From positions 475,380 through 539,379 of the forward strand of contig NW_005434627.1 in the NCBI RefSeq assembly GCF_000315625.1: a DNA stretch of 64,000 nt, in the 5' to 3' direction. The position numbers and the translations under genes were made by a program. This DNA comes from Guillardia theta CCMP2712. Its lineage: Eukaryota > Protista > Cryptophyta. Every line of letters begins with the position of its first letter. Position 1 is the stretch's first letter. The notes beneath the pieces were generated by a model. It searched no databases, was not told the DNA's origin, and saw only the letters and a list, made by a program, of their open reading frames with translations. This document shows positions 22,469 to 35,705 of this stretch, one piece after another.

Positions 22469-25400
22469 TCCATCATCTCCATCATCATCATCTCCATCAT
22501 CATCATCATCATCATCATAATCTCCTGCGCCTGCCCGTCAACTTGTTCCCCCCTTACTTCTCTTCCCATCCTTCTCCACTTCATTTCGTCCTCTTGTTCC
22601 TTCCATTTGTGTCTTCTGCATCTGCATACTCCTCCTCCGCCTACTCCTTCTCTCGGGTGATGTTTATTGCAGATAGAAACAATTTCAAGATTTTGAAATG
22701 CAACTACAAGGGAGGAGCAAAACCTGAACCGTTCCCTTACGTTGAAGGGGCATGGGATAAACAGCAAGGTGAACACAGTCATGACAAGATGGGGGAGGAG
22801 GAGGTGGAGGACAGGTGGTGAAATCCTTTCCGCAGAATCAAGCAAAGCTTCTACTCGGAAGAGAGCGACTGGTGCGAGCGAGGGCTTGACAGGTGAAGGA
22901 GGAGGAACAAAAGGCAGAAAACAAGTTCGAGGAGGAGGAGGAGTAGGATGTGCAGCAGCAGCAGCAGCAGCGGCAGCAGCAGCAGCAGCAGCAGGAAGTG
23001 GATATGCCAGGAGGGCATAAGAGAAAATGTTTGAGGAGCAGGAGCAGCAGCAATACAGGAGGAGCAGCAGCAGGAGGCGGGAGGAGGAGGAGGAAAACAT
23101 GCTAGGAGGAGGAGGAGGAAAACATGCTAGGAGGAGGAGAAGGAGGAGGAGGAGGAGGAGAAGGAGGAGGAGGATACCGCAGGGTGACATGCAGTGGTGT
23201 AGGGCCCTTGTCTTCGAACCCTCCCCCCATCAAGAAGGTCTGCATGTGACCAGCTGCCCCCCCTGCTGACGAGGAAGTTGCATAGGACGACATAGCGATC
23301 AGCGAAGCCATCGATGCTGATGAAATCTGCGCTGTGTCAACCACGCGGAAAAAGCCGTCTAATGTATGACTGTTCGTCTTCCTCCTCCTCCTCCTACTCC
23401 TCCTCTTCCTCCTCCTCCTCCTCCTCATCCTCATCCTCATCCTCATCCTCATCCTCATCCTCATCCTCATCCTCATCCTCTTTTACATTTTTCTCTTTGA
23501 CGTCCTTCTCCTTCACGTACTCCTCTTCTTTCATCTCCTCCTCCTCCTCCTCCTCCTCCTCCGTTTTCCCTTTCTCCTCATTCTGTTCTTCCCCACGATC
23601 TCCAACTCCTCATTTCAACTTTTCCTCTTCCTCTCCTCGACCCTCACTGGTCAGCAGGTGGTCAAGAAAGGTTTTCTCATGGGTGATGGAGCTGGAAAGG
23701 TGTGTGTATAGGGATGTTACAAATCGACGAGAAAATCTCTTGACTTCTCAAATGTTTGCTTCTTCTCCTTCTCAAATCTTTGCTTCTTCTCCTTCTCAAA
23801 TCTTTGCTTCTTCTCCTTCTCAAATCTTTGCTTCTTCTCCTTCTCAAATCTTTGCTTCTTCTCCTTCTCAAATCTTTGCTTCTTCTCCTTCTCAAATCTT
23901 TGCTTCTTCTCCTTCTCAAATCTTTGCTTCTTCTCCTTCTGCTTCTTGCTACCTCCCTTTCCTCCTCCTTGTGTTCCTCCTCCCCGCCTCCCTCCTGCTC
24001 CCGTTCCTTCTCCTCTCTGCTACATCTTCGCCGTTCTGCTCATCCTCCTGACCTCACTCTCTTCTTCTGCTCTTCTCTACCGCACTTCTTGACTCCTCTC
24101 CTTCTGGGAGCTCTGAACCATCTCCTGCAGCTGTACAAGAACGATGATGGTACATACGGCAGCAACGAACAGGCTGGAGCGATCGACTCGTCAGAACAGG
24201 TGAGGCCGTTTGATGGTAGTGTTTGATGAAAATGATTGATGAAAGCGTGTGCTGAAAATGGTTTTTGATCACTGTTGTTCTAAATCAAGTTAGCAACAAA
24301 ACGATTGCAAACGATAAGAATGCTCAAGTTGCAAAACGATGATTGCTGTAATGACGATTATTTCAACCACAAACAAGAGGAACGATTGCGATGACGATCA
24401 AAACTATCGTGAAGGAATCGCTGACTGACTTGAACCTTCAGATGCGTCAGCAACAACTCGCGCACCTGCCTGAAAGCCTGAGAAAGAAATGTGCGATTGT
24501 AGACACGACGAAAATGTCCAAGGTAACGAAAGAGGGAGGGGAGGAAGGATCTGAAACTGCGTCAGGACGAGATTCAGGATGCGATGAGCCAATACGCCAA
24601 CACCGGTGAGCCTTGACGGAGAGGAGAGCGGAGTCATGGTGTGGGGAGGCGATGTGGACTTTTGAGAGGAGGACGAGGGCGAGGGAGAAGACGAAGACGG
24701 GGACTGGGACAGGGACGAGAATGAAGAGAAGGAGGAAGAGGGGGAGGATGGAAGGGTGGAATTAAGTTCCAAGAAGGACGGAGGCAAGGAGGTTGAAGGA
24801 GGCGAGGAAGTAGGAGGGAGCAGGGAGAGGAGCTCAAGTGCAGCAGTGGACGTGTTTCACTGTTGGTTTGTCAGGACGAGTCTTGTCTGGTCCAGCCGCT
24901 CCAGGAGGCAGCGCACGTAACGACCCGCAATATGAACGAGAGTTTGCAAAGTTATACAAGAAGGTGAGCAGGAGCAGGAGCAGGGAGCAGGGAGCAGGGA
25001 GCAGTGAGGAGGAGCTGTTGTTGGTGCTGATGGAGTAATTGTTGATGCAGGCAGAAGCTGAAGCACCTGAACCAACTTTTGCTCTAGGAGGACTGAGGTT
25101 TGAACATCGCAATGATGAGGAGGGCGAGGGCGAGGGCGAGGGCGAGGAGGAGGGCGAGGAGGAGGAAGAATGATCGCGAGAGGGGCATGGGCCGGGCCAG
25201 GGGCAGCAGATGTCAAATCCTTGTTCGAACATATTTTCATGTGGGTGAACAAACGATCTGCTCTGATCTTTCCCGCAGGTCAAGTGGAAAAAGTCGAATC
25301 AAGGTCGAACGAAGTTCTACTGTTCACTTCTGCCCCTGCCGCTCCTTGACTTCGCACCCTCCTCGTTCTCCCCCAACCCTACTACCTGCCCCTTCACTTT

Positions 25401-26265
25401 CCTCTTTTCCTTCTCTTTCTCCTCCTGCGCTTCATCATGGCCACACTTACCATCACCGTCGACATCTCCATCATCATTGACAAATAGCATTATCATCATC
25501 ATCATCATCATCACTCATCATCATCATCACCACCACCATCACCATCGTCATCATCACTCATCATCATCACCACCATCACCACCATCATCATCACCATCAC
25601 CGCCACCACCATTACCACCATCACTTCCCTCACGAGCACTCCAGGAGCTTCAACACAAGTGTTCGCCCATCCATGAGGAGGAGCAACTGACTGGGTTCGC
25701 CCTCTCAGTGTCTCTACCGGACGGCGTCTCAAGTAACTACAGAGTTTGACATCTCCGACTCGCTGACCTTCCTCGCCAGCCATCGAAGATGTAGACGTCG
25801 AGGTCTCAGCGTTCAAGGTTCTTCAACTCCTCTGCTCCTTCCCGTCCTCTTCCTCTGTCCCCCTTCCGCCTTTCTTCTCTTCCCATCCTCAGTCTCCGTT
25901 TCTCCTGCTCCTGACCCTCTCGTCTCTCCCTCCCTCCTCCTTTCGGACAGGTTGAGATCAAGACCCGCGATGGTTCGCATGCTCTCAACCTAGCATGGCC
26001 ATCTCCTGTAGATCCAGACGCGGTGAGGAGGGGGGAGGTGGGAGGGGGAAGGCAGGGGCGAGGAAAGGAGGGGGGGAGAGAAGGAAGGGAAGCAATCGAC
26101 CTCACGCGCGTACAGGTCTCAGCGAAGATGAAGAAGAAGACAAAGGAGGTAAGTCGAGGATGGAGGGAGACAGGGAGGAGGAGGAGGGAGGAGGAGGAGG
26201 GAAAGGGAGGAATAATATTGACAATGCAACAGTTGAAACTCGTCGTTCCTGTTGCGGTCGAATGA
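21052..26265 (+). CDS. PIH1-family protein (PIH1 N-domain + C-terminal CS domain), many small exons
   Basis: Exons [19 protein letters not shown]|[14 protein letters not shown]|[27 protein letters not shown] and KILKCNYKG fit the PIH1 pattern. The C-terminus [11 protein letters not shown]...DVDVEVS...[13 protein letters not shown]|[11 protein letters not shown]|LKLVVPV* fits PIH1_CS. Confidence 0.85.
23747..23940. repeat. 24-bp intronic minisatellite x8 (CAAATCTTTGCTTCTTCTCCTTCT)
   Basis: Eight head-to-tail copies with no spacers. Confidence 0.95.
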
Positions 26266-26341
26266 AGGCGAGGCTTCAAAATAAACCCAATCTTACAACT
26301 TCAAATCAATATGATACAATTTAACAACTATCACACCACCA

Positions 26342-27860
26342 TCACTCGCTTCCCTCCTGTTCGCACATGTAAGAAGAGCAAAGACCAACACTGATCTGCA
26401 AACCGTCCGGCGTCTGAGTCGATCGGATGATATTGCATTGCTGCGTCGCCCCCGTCAGCCGCTCAAGGACTCTGATTGCAGTCTCACCATGGTCGAAGGA
26501 GGCTCGATCAAAGTCGGCTTCCACGCAACTGCAATCCAGTCAGGTGGACGATAGCAGGACAGGACGGGATAGCAGCGGCGGGAGCATCAGAAGAAGCAGG
26601 AGCAGAAGCAGTACGTCAACAAAGTTGAGAGGAATGCGCAAGGAAGGTTGAGAGTGACAGATAGTCGAGAAGAAGAAGGATCAGCAGAAGATCGATGATG
26701 ACGATGTGTGCGTCCCCATACCATAGTTCGGCATCACTCCTTTCGTCTCGGTCCAGAACTTTCGTGACTACGTCATCGTCAATTCATTGTTATTATCATC
26801 ACCACCACAATTATCATAATGTCCATTATCATCATCATGATCATCACAACCACAACACAACCACCATGATCGTTGTCGTCGTCGTCGTCATCATCATCAG
26901 CATCAGCATCGTCGTCATCGTCGTCGTCGTCATCATCATCATCAGGAGCAGCAGCAGCAGCATTGACATCATGTACAGTTGCAAGCAGACAACAAGCACC
27001 TCGATTGCGTCTGACGAGATGTGAGGGCTGACAATATCAGCGCCAACTTCAATCTTCGACTCAACAAGTGACAGCCTCTTGTTCAACGACCCGTTGGCCA
27101 AAATCTACAGACCCATATCAGAATGTCTTGTGTCTTCAAGTAAATCGCCTCAGTACTCCATTTCTCACCCCTTTCAAATCTTGATCGTTCCCTGCCAGTC
27201 TTGCTTCTTCCCACTGCCTTCGAAGAGCCTTGGAGCAGATCAGCAGAGTTGTCAATCTTTGAAATCAATCACAGCAAGGTCGTCTTCTTCGCTGTCTTCT
27301 CTCCTCCTATCCCAACTGGGTGGCATCTGGAAATTTGAGCCTGATAAAGAAAAATGAGCAAGGGGGAGACGAGGAGGAGACAAGAACAGGACAACGTCAA
27401 AAGCTAGGGGAAATGGGAAAGGCAGGGGAATGAGGACGGAAAGTGGAAAGGGAGGAAGCAGGAGGGGGTAGGGGAAGGGGAGGGAGAGGAGAGCACTGGA
27501 GGCTCTAGTCTAGAGCCACGACTCACCCGTGCATGCTGAGAGTGTATCCGAAGTCGCATCGCTCTCATCGTCATCGTAGAGGTCTGATGTCTTGGTTGCT
27601 AAGGCGTCTGCCCTGTTGGTTCGCAGCTTGAAGGCTGCAGCAACAACCCCCCTTGTAAGCACCCTGCCGTTCTCCCACATGGTCGACAAACCGTCTCGTG
27701 AAACAGCATGTATCTGCTTCCAGTGCGAACTTTTCTGTTCTGTAAGGGGATGAAGTCAGAGACGCAGCTACATGCGCTGGACTGAACAACCTCGTGCTGA
27801 TTTCTTCACGCTGCATGCTTGTACGTCGAACTGCAGTTTTAAGTCAAAAAATGCACCTGT
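26342..27860 (-). CDS. Hypothetical protein (multi-exon, approximate; 5' end unresolved)
   Basis: GT/AG-bounded non-repetitive exons, e.g. MWENGRVLTRGVVAAAFKLRTNR...DTLSACT. The final exon is VEADFDRASFDHGETAIRVLERLTG...EGSE*. Confidence 0.35.
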
Positions 27861-28919
27861 AGGGAGAACGACATCCTGCCCAACTTTTTATGTCTCATCC
27901 TCCAACTTCTCGCTAGCGCATCTGACCTTCACAATCTAATTCATCAGACCTATCAGCTCCATACAAACTCCCTTGGTTGAAATCTGACTGAATTTTCTAT
28001 GCTCGTTTCACCTACAAAACGCACGACTTCTGGTATCCGCCCTTTCCTCCCTCCCCTCCCCATCCCCGCCAGCCACATCTCAATCGCTAGCATGTTTTCG
28101 AACTTCTGTCATCATCAATCTTTGTAAACCATCGTTTTACCCATTTTCGACTCACCCAATATTCAATACCGTAATTGCTCAGTCATGCCCTACTCCCTCA
28201 TTCGACCTGCTCCTTCTCTCCCCTTTTCCTTCCCCCTCCTTCTCTCCCATCTCTCTCCTCCCCTCTTCCAATATCTTCCATCCTCTCCTCCCCTCTCCTC
28301 CCCTCTGTCTCACCTCCTCCACACAGGCGCCGCTCAAGCATATCCTGGACTCTTCTGCTCCCATTGTTGTTACCTTGACCGGATCACCCGAACCAAGAGT
28401 TGGCGATATCATTTGTCGACCACCCCAGTACCAAACAGGGCCATTAGGTCCGACTCAAGGTGAAATCATTCCCAGACGGGTTATTTTGACTATCTACAAG
28501 GGGGTATATTTGGATTTGGGGTGGCTTCGAGTTCCACATGGGGGTACTACTGCTTTGGCAGCACTTGCCAACCGGGATTGGGAGGGTTCGGCTGAAGGAC
28601 CCCTTCCGAAGCGGAGGGTACTAGATATGACGGAAGGGTACAAAGTTGGTGTGGGTCAGGGTATTTGAGAAAGGAGGGGTACTCTGAGGCTATTTTGATA
28701 GGGTGAAAGGGGTAGTTATCGGACTACGGGTCGCCGTCGGACTCGGGAGGAACTAGGGGAGAGCAGTGGAAATAAGGGGGTGGGGTCATTGATAGGGAGT
28801 CAAGGGGGTTCGATATCGGAAAAAGGAGGGGGTGGTCAATTATATCGAAGGTGCTAAAAAAAGGAGGCAAGCCATTTGTTTTTAGTTTTTTTTCTAGTGG
28901 GTACTTTTTGTTTCTTTTA

Positions 28920-29560
28920 CAGTCACTGCCGTACCCGGGCGTCCGAGTCACCGGCCCGCGGTCCCGCCTGGCTGAGGCGAGCCTCCCAGTACACGGTCCC
29001 GGCCCGGGACTCTCGGAGGCTCAGTCCCACGCCGGTCCGGTCCGCCGCGGTTATGCCCGGACCACGGGCAGCCGTGCCGCGTCGGGCCCCGGGCGTCGTC
29101 GGGGGCGAGTCGTGGGCAGACTCGGGCCGTGCCCGGGCCAGTGGACTCGGCCTGCCGGAGGCTGCGGCGGCCCAGCGCCCTGCCGCCGCTGTCACGGTCG
29201 GGCCGTACTCGTAGTAGCGGCCGCCCGGCCGCGGGGCCGCCCGGCCCGGCGCCGCCCGGCCCGGCGCCGCGGGGGCCCGGTACCGTCGTAGTAGTAGTGC
29301 GGCTAGTCACGGGCCGGCGGTACCGGCGGTGACCGTACCGTACTGAGTCACCGTGGTACCGTCACGGTAGTACACGGGGGGGGAGCCCGCAGCCGCTGAG
29401 CGGCAGTCACGGCGATTGTCATGCCATGATGATCACCGTGCCCCAGTGTAACTGACCGTCGTGCCGGGGGCCGGCGCGCGGCGCGGCGCCGCGGCGGCTA
29501 GTACGGTACGCCGGGCGCCGCCGGGCCCGGGGGCGGCCGCCCGGCTCTCACCGTGCGGCA
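28920..29560. promoter_or_regulatory. Extremely GC-rich palindrome-dense island flanked by A/T tracts and skewed arms
   Basis: Near-continuous CCGG, GGCC, CGCG and GTAC words. G-rich arm at 28500-28860; AT-rich 29600-30120; C-rich arm at 30120-30390. Lies between divergent genes. Confidence 0.45.
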
Positions 29561-30954
29561 AGATTACTAGTTACCCACTGTCGCCCGTTGTGGTGTAACG
29601 GCTGATAAAAAAAGGACGTAAAATTAGGAGAGGGCGCATGTCCCCTGCTTGGGAAAAAGGTTTTAACGTATGTTGATCCCAACTTGAGTCGGCGGCTAAA
29701 TTGAAATATTTCACTGAAAAGTCTGTATTTTCACGAAATATACAAAAAGATGTTTATATTTCAAGGCTATTTTCAAGTATAGTAGAATCAAAAATCGCCA
29801 ACTCTCTTGGAAATATGGGATATTTTAGATATTGTAAACGAAAAGGACGTGGTATCACACTTATATGTTTAATAACTAAATAACAAATTTCATACTGTTT
29901 TTGTCTTTATAATAGGAGGCTGGGATCCCTTGGTACTTATGTAGTACCACAAATATTGCTACTGTCAGTTTTAGTGATGGGGGTATAGAGACGCTTTGAA
30001 TTTTTTTGTGTATATATATTTGTAGATTGTACCTTGTTCTTACTTATGTGCAATCTCATCCCCTTGTATAAATATTTTATTTTATCGTGGTAGAAAATGG
30101 TATCAAAAGTATAAAACTCCTTTAGTACCTTTCACCCCCTCCTAATCTATCCTTCGAACCCCCCCCTAAATACTCCTCAAGCCTACGCCTTCCAGTACCC
30201 CTCACCCACAACTCTCTCTTGGATCTTATATCAATGTTCCATAGCCTTGATAGTCTGACTTTTACTGAATGGCTCACTAATCAAAATCTATCTACCTCTT
30301 ACCTTGCGCCTCTCTGCTTTAAACGAACCCCAGCGCGTACCTTGCCCCACCCCCATTGCTCGACCTATACCCACAGTTCACTACCCCCCCTTCGGTGTGC
30401 GATGCAGTCGAACAGCTGATTATGGTGCGGCTGTGGGAAAATGTGAAGAGGTAGCGCTGTGGCAAGATGAATATTAGCACAAGAAGAGGCTGTATCAGGA
30501 TAGGTCATCACCATGAACAAAGTTCAGATCATTCTTTCGAGAATTTGTTGACCTGCTCCTTGAAGATGACCTTGTACACTGAAGCTTGATGTTACGCATA
30601 TAGACCATGAGCAGTGGATCATTTCGAGTCGAATAGTCGATGTATGACCTTAGATGCTAACTTTTAGCCCCAAAGAGACTGTTTCCTCCATTTTACTCTA
30701 ATTGGACTATTGTCAATCCGTCATTGCGAGGAAGGCAGGGGTTACTCCAAGTTGAGAAACTAAGGCCAGTTAGCACGAATTATCTGTCTTCCTAAGTTTC
30801 CTGTTTGTCATGACTGAATTATATCTTCTTCCAGGTGTTTAGGGGAACTTGACGTTTTGTATGAACTTGTCCCCAGTCCCTTGAACTCGCTTGGTTCAAT
30901 CACTGCTCGAGAAGCCTGGGCAAACAAGGGTCGCACTCAGCATTCGTTACTGGC

Positions 30955-31733
30955 ATGTCTACTTTTGCTTCTCATGGTCGTGGCGTTCTGCGCAAATCTG
31001 TTAGCTCGCCTGCTGCAGCTGCAGTGGTGTGCGAGGTGCACAAGATCGTGGACCAGGTTGATAACCGTGTTGCACAACAGCACAAGCAGCGCCCAGCCTC
31101 GCCCTACAAGTATCCCCTGGACTCATGTAAGTCCAAGAGCGACTCAGCTGAGGTGTCTCCTCGTCAGTATGTCAAGACCTACATGCTGCATGACGACATG
31201 ATGATGGATGCGCGTTCCATGGACAATCACTCTGAGCCATTCGAAGGACCCAAATTGCATCATGTTGGCGCCAACGCAAACCGCGTTCCTGTTCCGGACG
31301 GTCCAGTGTACAGTGCGTTTCAATTTGAGGTCACGTCTATCCGGGATGAAGGGACTGGGGCTCGCAGCGTCTCTCCTGTCAGTGTGTCAGACAGAGAGCC
31401 GTCAGGTATCATGCCAGCTTCCGGCGAGCCTGTTAGGATGGCAGGAGCAGACATGTCGAGGAGTGAGAAAGAAGATGGCGCTAAAATGGACGATTTGAAG
31501 AATTCCAATCACTTGCTTCGCCGAGCCCTTGCAGCCGTTCAGGTGAAATCAGTTTGTGTTCTTGGGAGGAAGAGTGTCTGACTGCCTAACAGCATCGTTT
31601 GCAAACTGTGGAGTCGGAAAGGGATCAGCTGAGGCGAGAAAGAGATTATTTCCGCAATATGGCTCTTCGCTTCCCTTTCTCCTTTAATGTCCACAATGCA
31701 GGGGAAAGCCGCAAACAGTTTGCCGACCCCTGA
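30955..31733 (+). CDS. Hypothetical protein with C-terminal leucine-zipper-like coiled coil
   Basis: A long first exon and one short intron (~31544-31592) give ...LKNSNHLLRRALAAVQ|HRLQTVESERDQLRRERDYFR...DP*. Confidence 0.55.
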
Positions 31734-31886
31734 TCGCCTCCGTTCGTCGGGTTATATTTCATGTACTGCCACTATGTATTATACCACTTTAGTATCCTGA
31801 GAGTGAAATATTATTGAAAAATTTCTCTGCGTTGTGTGCAGCTCACAAGGAAGAAACCAGCCACCAAAATTTTAATCTTCCCTCTC

Positions 31887-32628
31887 TCACTTTGAAGTCA
31901 GAAAGTCGTAGGCAAGCTGCATCAATCAGGTCAGCACAGAAAACAGTGCCACAAGACTTGACCTTTCCCGTCAAAAGTGTCAAAGGCATGTCAGCCAGGA
32001 AAGAAATAATTCCTTTTCGCGACATATCACACAACAGTCTTTCGCGATTCTCCGCACGTTACCTCCTTTGAATCGCTCATTGGGGTCGCCGGTGGAGTAT
32101 CCATAACCATAAACGAACCTCCCAATCACCTTGGCACCTTTGTCAGAGGTCTAGAGGAAGATAAGGCATCTTTTCTTACCCATAGGGCTCCCAAGAATGC
32201 AGAGGCAATAGGATACTGAACACCACACAGCAACATTCTGATCATCACGAATGCGAACGTCTCAAGTGTGTTCTGAAAACAAGTCAATCTCAGCCCGGAA
32301 AACTGCGAGCGATCGCTTACTTGGTGTGCTCTCTGAATGCAGTTGAAGGCAACTTCATGCTTGTGGCCAGGAGGAGCATACAGAGCAGGGTATTTGATGC
32401 CATACCTGTCATTCAATAATTATCAAGTAGCGCGCCTATAAAATGAGTATATACTTCTTTCGAGCAGAGACAACATTCATGGTGAGGTACATGTTGAGAA
32501 TGAATCCCAACACAACGACAATGCAGACATATCTGCATTCTGGACGTCATGATGATATCAAAGGGACAGTTCATGTCATTTTACCCATACTCCCTTGGCA
32601 GAACTTCAAGGATTTTGCTCGCTGGCAT
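31887..32628 (-). CDS. MGST3: Microsomal glutathione S-transferase 3-like (MAPEG family)
   Basis: Spliced: MPASKILEVLPREYG|YVCIVV...VVSARKK|YGIKYPALYA...FNCIQRAHQ|NTLE...LW|VIGRFVYGYGYSTGDPNERFKG. Contains the MAPEG FNCxQRAHQN signature. Confidence 0.92.
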
Positions 32629-34673
32629 AATTGCTCCTGTTGCAAAGAATATATCAACAGAGGGATTAAGCTTGTTGTCGTGATCATTGTCATCTTTTCC
32701 ATCGTACAAATTGATGGATTCAAAAGCAAGGAAGGCCGTCCATATGTTGCCTTCATTCCATCATTTCTAATTCAATTCAAGCGCGCAGTAAAGCAAGCAT
32801 TCTGGCATTACATTTCAATTAATGTCTCTTATCTCTCATTCTAAACTTCCTGACCTATACACCATTGTTTTTGACAGTATCTGAATATGTCTTTCAGTCC
32901 CCTCCCACACCTCCCTCGGTCTTGACACGACTTGAATTGGCTGTTCGTTTCCTCGTCGCATCCCACTTCCCTTGTCATAGATCTACCCAATCAGATCGTG
33001 TCATTGCATCCTCGCACATTCTGCTTGACTTTAATCTTGTCCTCTGCGTCTGGCCCTGATTCAAGAGTCCCTCCTACCGCGTCTTTGGAGGTGCAGTCTT
33101 CTCACAATTCTCTTCTCCTCTTCCTCCTGTCGCGTTCATTGATCTTCTCCTGCCGCACCTACCTCTTCAACTTGCTCTGCTCCACTTCTCCCATCCTCCA
33201 TCGACGTTTGTCTTCCTCTTTTATCGATTTTCGTCATCCTCTGCCAAGCTAACATACGCCATTCATCCAAATACCACCCCTCCATTTGGCTTTACTGCAT
33301 TTTGTTGACCCCGACTGATACTACCCCTACCCCCTCCTTCTCCCTCCACCACCCACCACACCATTGTAATCAAACTCTTTCACCCACCAAGCGCCTCATC
33401 CGCTATTGTACCCCTCCTAATCATAGTAAAGTACCCACCCCATGGATCCGACGATTTTCCAGAGGGCCCTCATCTGTGATGAGCCTCATACAGCCCGCAC
33501 GATTGCCGGCTCCAGTTTCACTGTTTCACCATGTTTGACAAAGTATCAAAATATCCTTGAATTATCTTTTACAATTTCAAATATTATTGTTCAATATTTC
33601 AACCTTATCTTGAAAGCCCGAGGACAAGTTGAGGGGTATTGTTTACCGGTACTTCCGATCAAAGGACCGAATTGTATCGAGGGGTGGGTATAGTCGTGGA
33701 AGGGGTGTAATAGGATACCCATAGTGTTAACATGACCATTTGTGGAAATAACCGGTGGAACATAAAGGAAACAGGGGCATTTTCAATATGGTGGGTCCCA
33801 AATGGAGGGGTAGATAATCAACAAAGTTTCCCCGTAAGGGGGTAGGGGTTAACACATGGGGGGTACCGTATGGATGTTGTCCTGTAGGGATGGCAGCGAA
33901 GGATCGCCGAGACAGTCGATGGCTGGGTTGGAAGATGCCGGAAATGGAGGGAGGGGAGGAGGGGAATATGCGAAATAACGACGAAGAGGAGATGATGAGA
34001 ACATGTGGAAGTGGAGAGCAAGGAGGTGGTGTGCGAGAGGAACAGCAGGAGCAGAGGCGAGTAGAACGGGTTGGCAGTGAAAAGCATCGTCCATAGAGAG
34101 TTGTGCAAGGACGATGAGGAGGAAACATCAATTGCTGGGATGAGAAGGGGTGGAAAGCGGGGATGGAAAGGAGGAAGAGGAAGGAGATAGGGTGTAAGGC
34201 ATTTGAATCCCCCCTGGTCGTCTTGACGAAGGGGTAACATGACCCTTAGTGCCAGTTTTAGATTGAGCTGAAGAGTTGCAAGCTGCATGGCCTATGAAGC
34301 AAAGTTTTCCAGTACGGCTACCGGGAATGTTGCATAGCTCAAGGTGGGGTGAAAATGTTAGCCTACGTGGTTATGACCCATGGTTCAACATCGTGGCCAG
34401 CGGGTTTTGTCATCGTTTCTTTGAACTGATTGAAAAATTATCATGATTTTGTCTTCAGAGGGATGGTTATTGATGTGAATCCTTGTAGATTCGAGTTTCT
34501 GAGACGTCCGCTCTTGTTGTAGTGTCTTGTTGGAGATACAAGGAACTCTGTGGGATCCCCTGAGAATAATCAGTCTCGATGATCACTGAATACAAGGCTC
34601 AAGTGATAAATCTGCAGAGATAAAGGATTTTCTGAGTGTTCATCTCTGACTCCTCTGACTGCCAGCATCGAAC

Positions 34674-35705
34674 ATGGGTTGCTGCGAATCCTCCAACAGG
34701 AGGAAAATCGACGAAGCGCTCAATCCTATCATGGGGACGGTCGGTAGCAGATGCTGTTGTTGCTGTCTGCTCACAGTGGCGCACAGGCTGGTCAAGATCA
34801 GCTTGTCCCTCTGATGAGCGAAGCAGCGTTCAAGGGTGACATCTCCACCATGGAGCGACTTGTAGCGAAGGGAGCGCTGGTAAACCAGCACGATCAGGTC
34901 TTCCTCCTCCAAGGATTTTATGCGTGCCTGGCTTACTTTGTTCCACCCAGTACGATCGAACGCCCCTGCATTTCGCAGCTTTCAATGGCCATGTCGACGC
35001 TGTCAAGTGGCTGATCAATAAGGTGTTGTTCTAAGATGTTATGTGCGTGCCTGGATTTGACGCATCTTGCAACCCTTGTAGAGAGCCGACGTCAATGTGA
35101 GAATTCTCCCAGAAGTATCTCCCTCCATCTCATGGAACCTGTTTTGACTTAGGTCGCTGGAATGGTGAATGGGTTCACTCCCTTGTTTGCTGCTTGTGAG
35201 AACAACGATCTGGACGTAGCTAAAGTGTTGGTATGACACGTTAGTTCCGCAAGGAGCCACCAGCCTGATTCTTCTTCAGGTAGAAGCTGGGGCAGACACC
35301 AATGCCAAGTCCAGGGACGGACGAACACCGATTCAGCATGCTCTCCATCACAACAGGTTCTGTCCGTTGCTCGCTTCTGAACTCGTTTGATGTTGCAAGC
35401 AGGACATACGTCGCCGACTACCTTTACCAAGTGATTGATCCCACTGGTCTATCGATCCCTCCTCTGACTCGAGCCGTACAGGTGCAACAGTCTCGATCCC
35501 CCTCCAAGAGCTCGGGGGGCTACAGCAACGGAAACGCCTACCCTCAACAAATCGTCTGATCTTGCTCCCACATCTTCTTACCCTCTCATCCTCGTGCTGT
35601 TGTACTATACTTTCCAAAGAGATCTGGTGGAGAAGAACTCAGCCCTGGTTTCTCTCCCCAAAGATGCAAAGGTCATGCCAGTTGGACTCAGACGGTGAAC
35701 TATTG
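34674..35705 (+). CDS. Ankyrin-repeat protein with N-terminal MGCC acylation motif (3' end approximate)
   Basis: MGCCESSNRRK start. Ankyrin repeats EAAFKGDISTMERLVAKGALVN, RTPLHFAAFNGHVDAVKWLI, GFTPLFAACENNDLDVAKVL|VEAGADTNAKSRDGRTPI. Confidence 0.85.

Noticed and set aside
22291-23476. Poly-Ile/Met/Leu 'membrane' ORFs
   Set aside because: (CAT)n, (GGA)n and (GCA)n intronic repeats inside the PIH1 gene.
23747-23940. Possible CRISPR array (24-bp repeats)
   Set aside because: Head-to-tail copies with no spacers, no cas genes, and an intronic eukaryotic context.
28851-29332. Arg/Pro/Gly-rich ORFs in the GC island
   Set aside because: Open on both strands simply because stop codons are rare at extreme GC; no domain signal.
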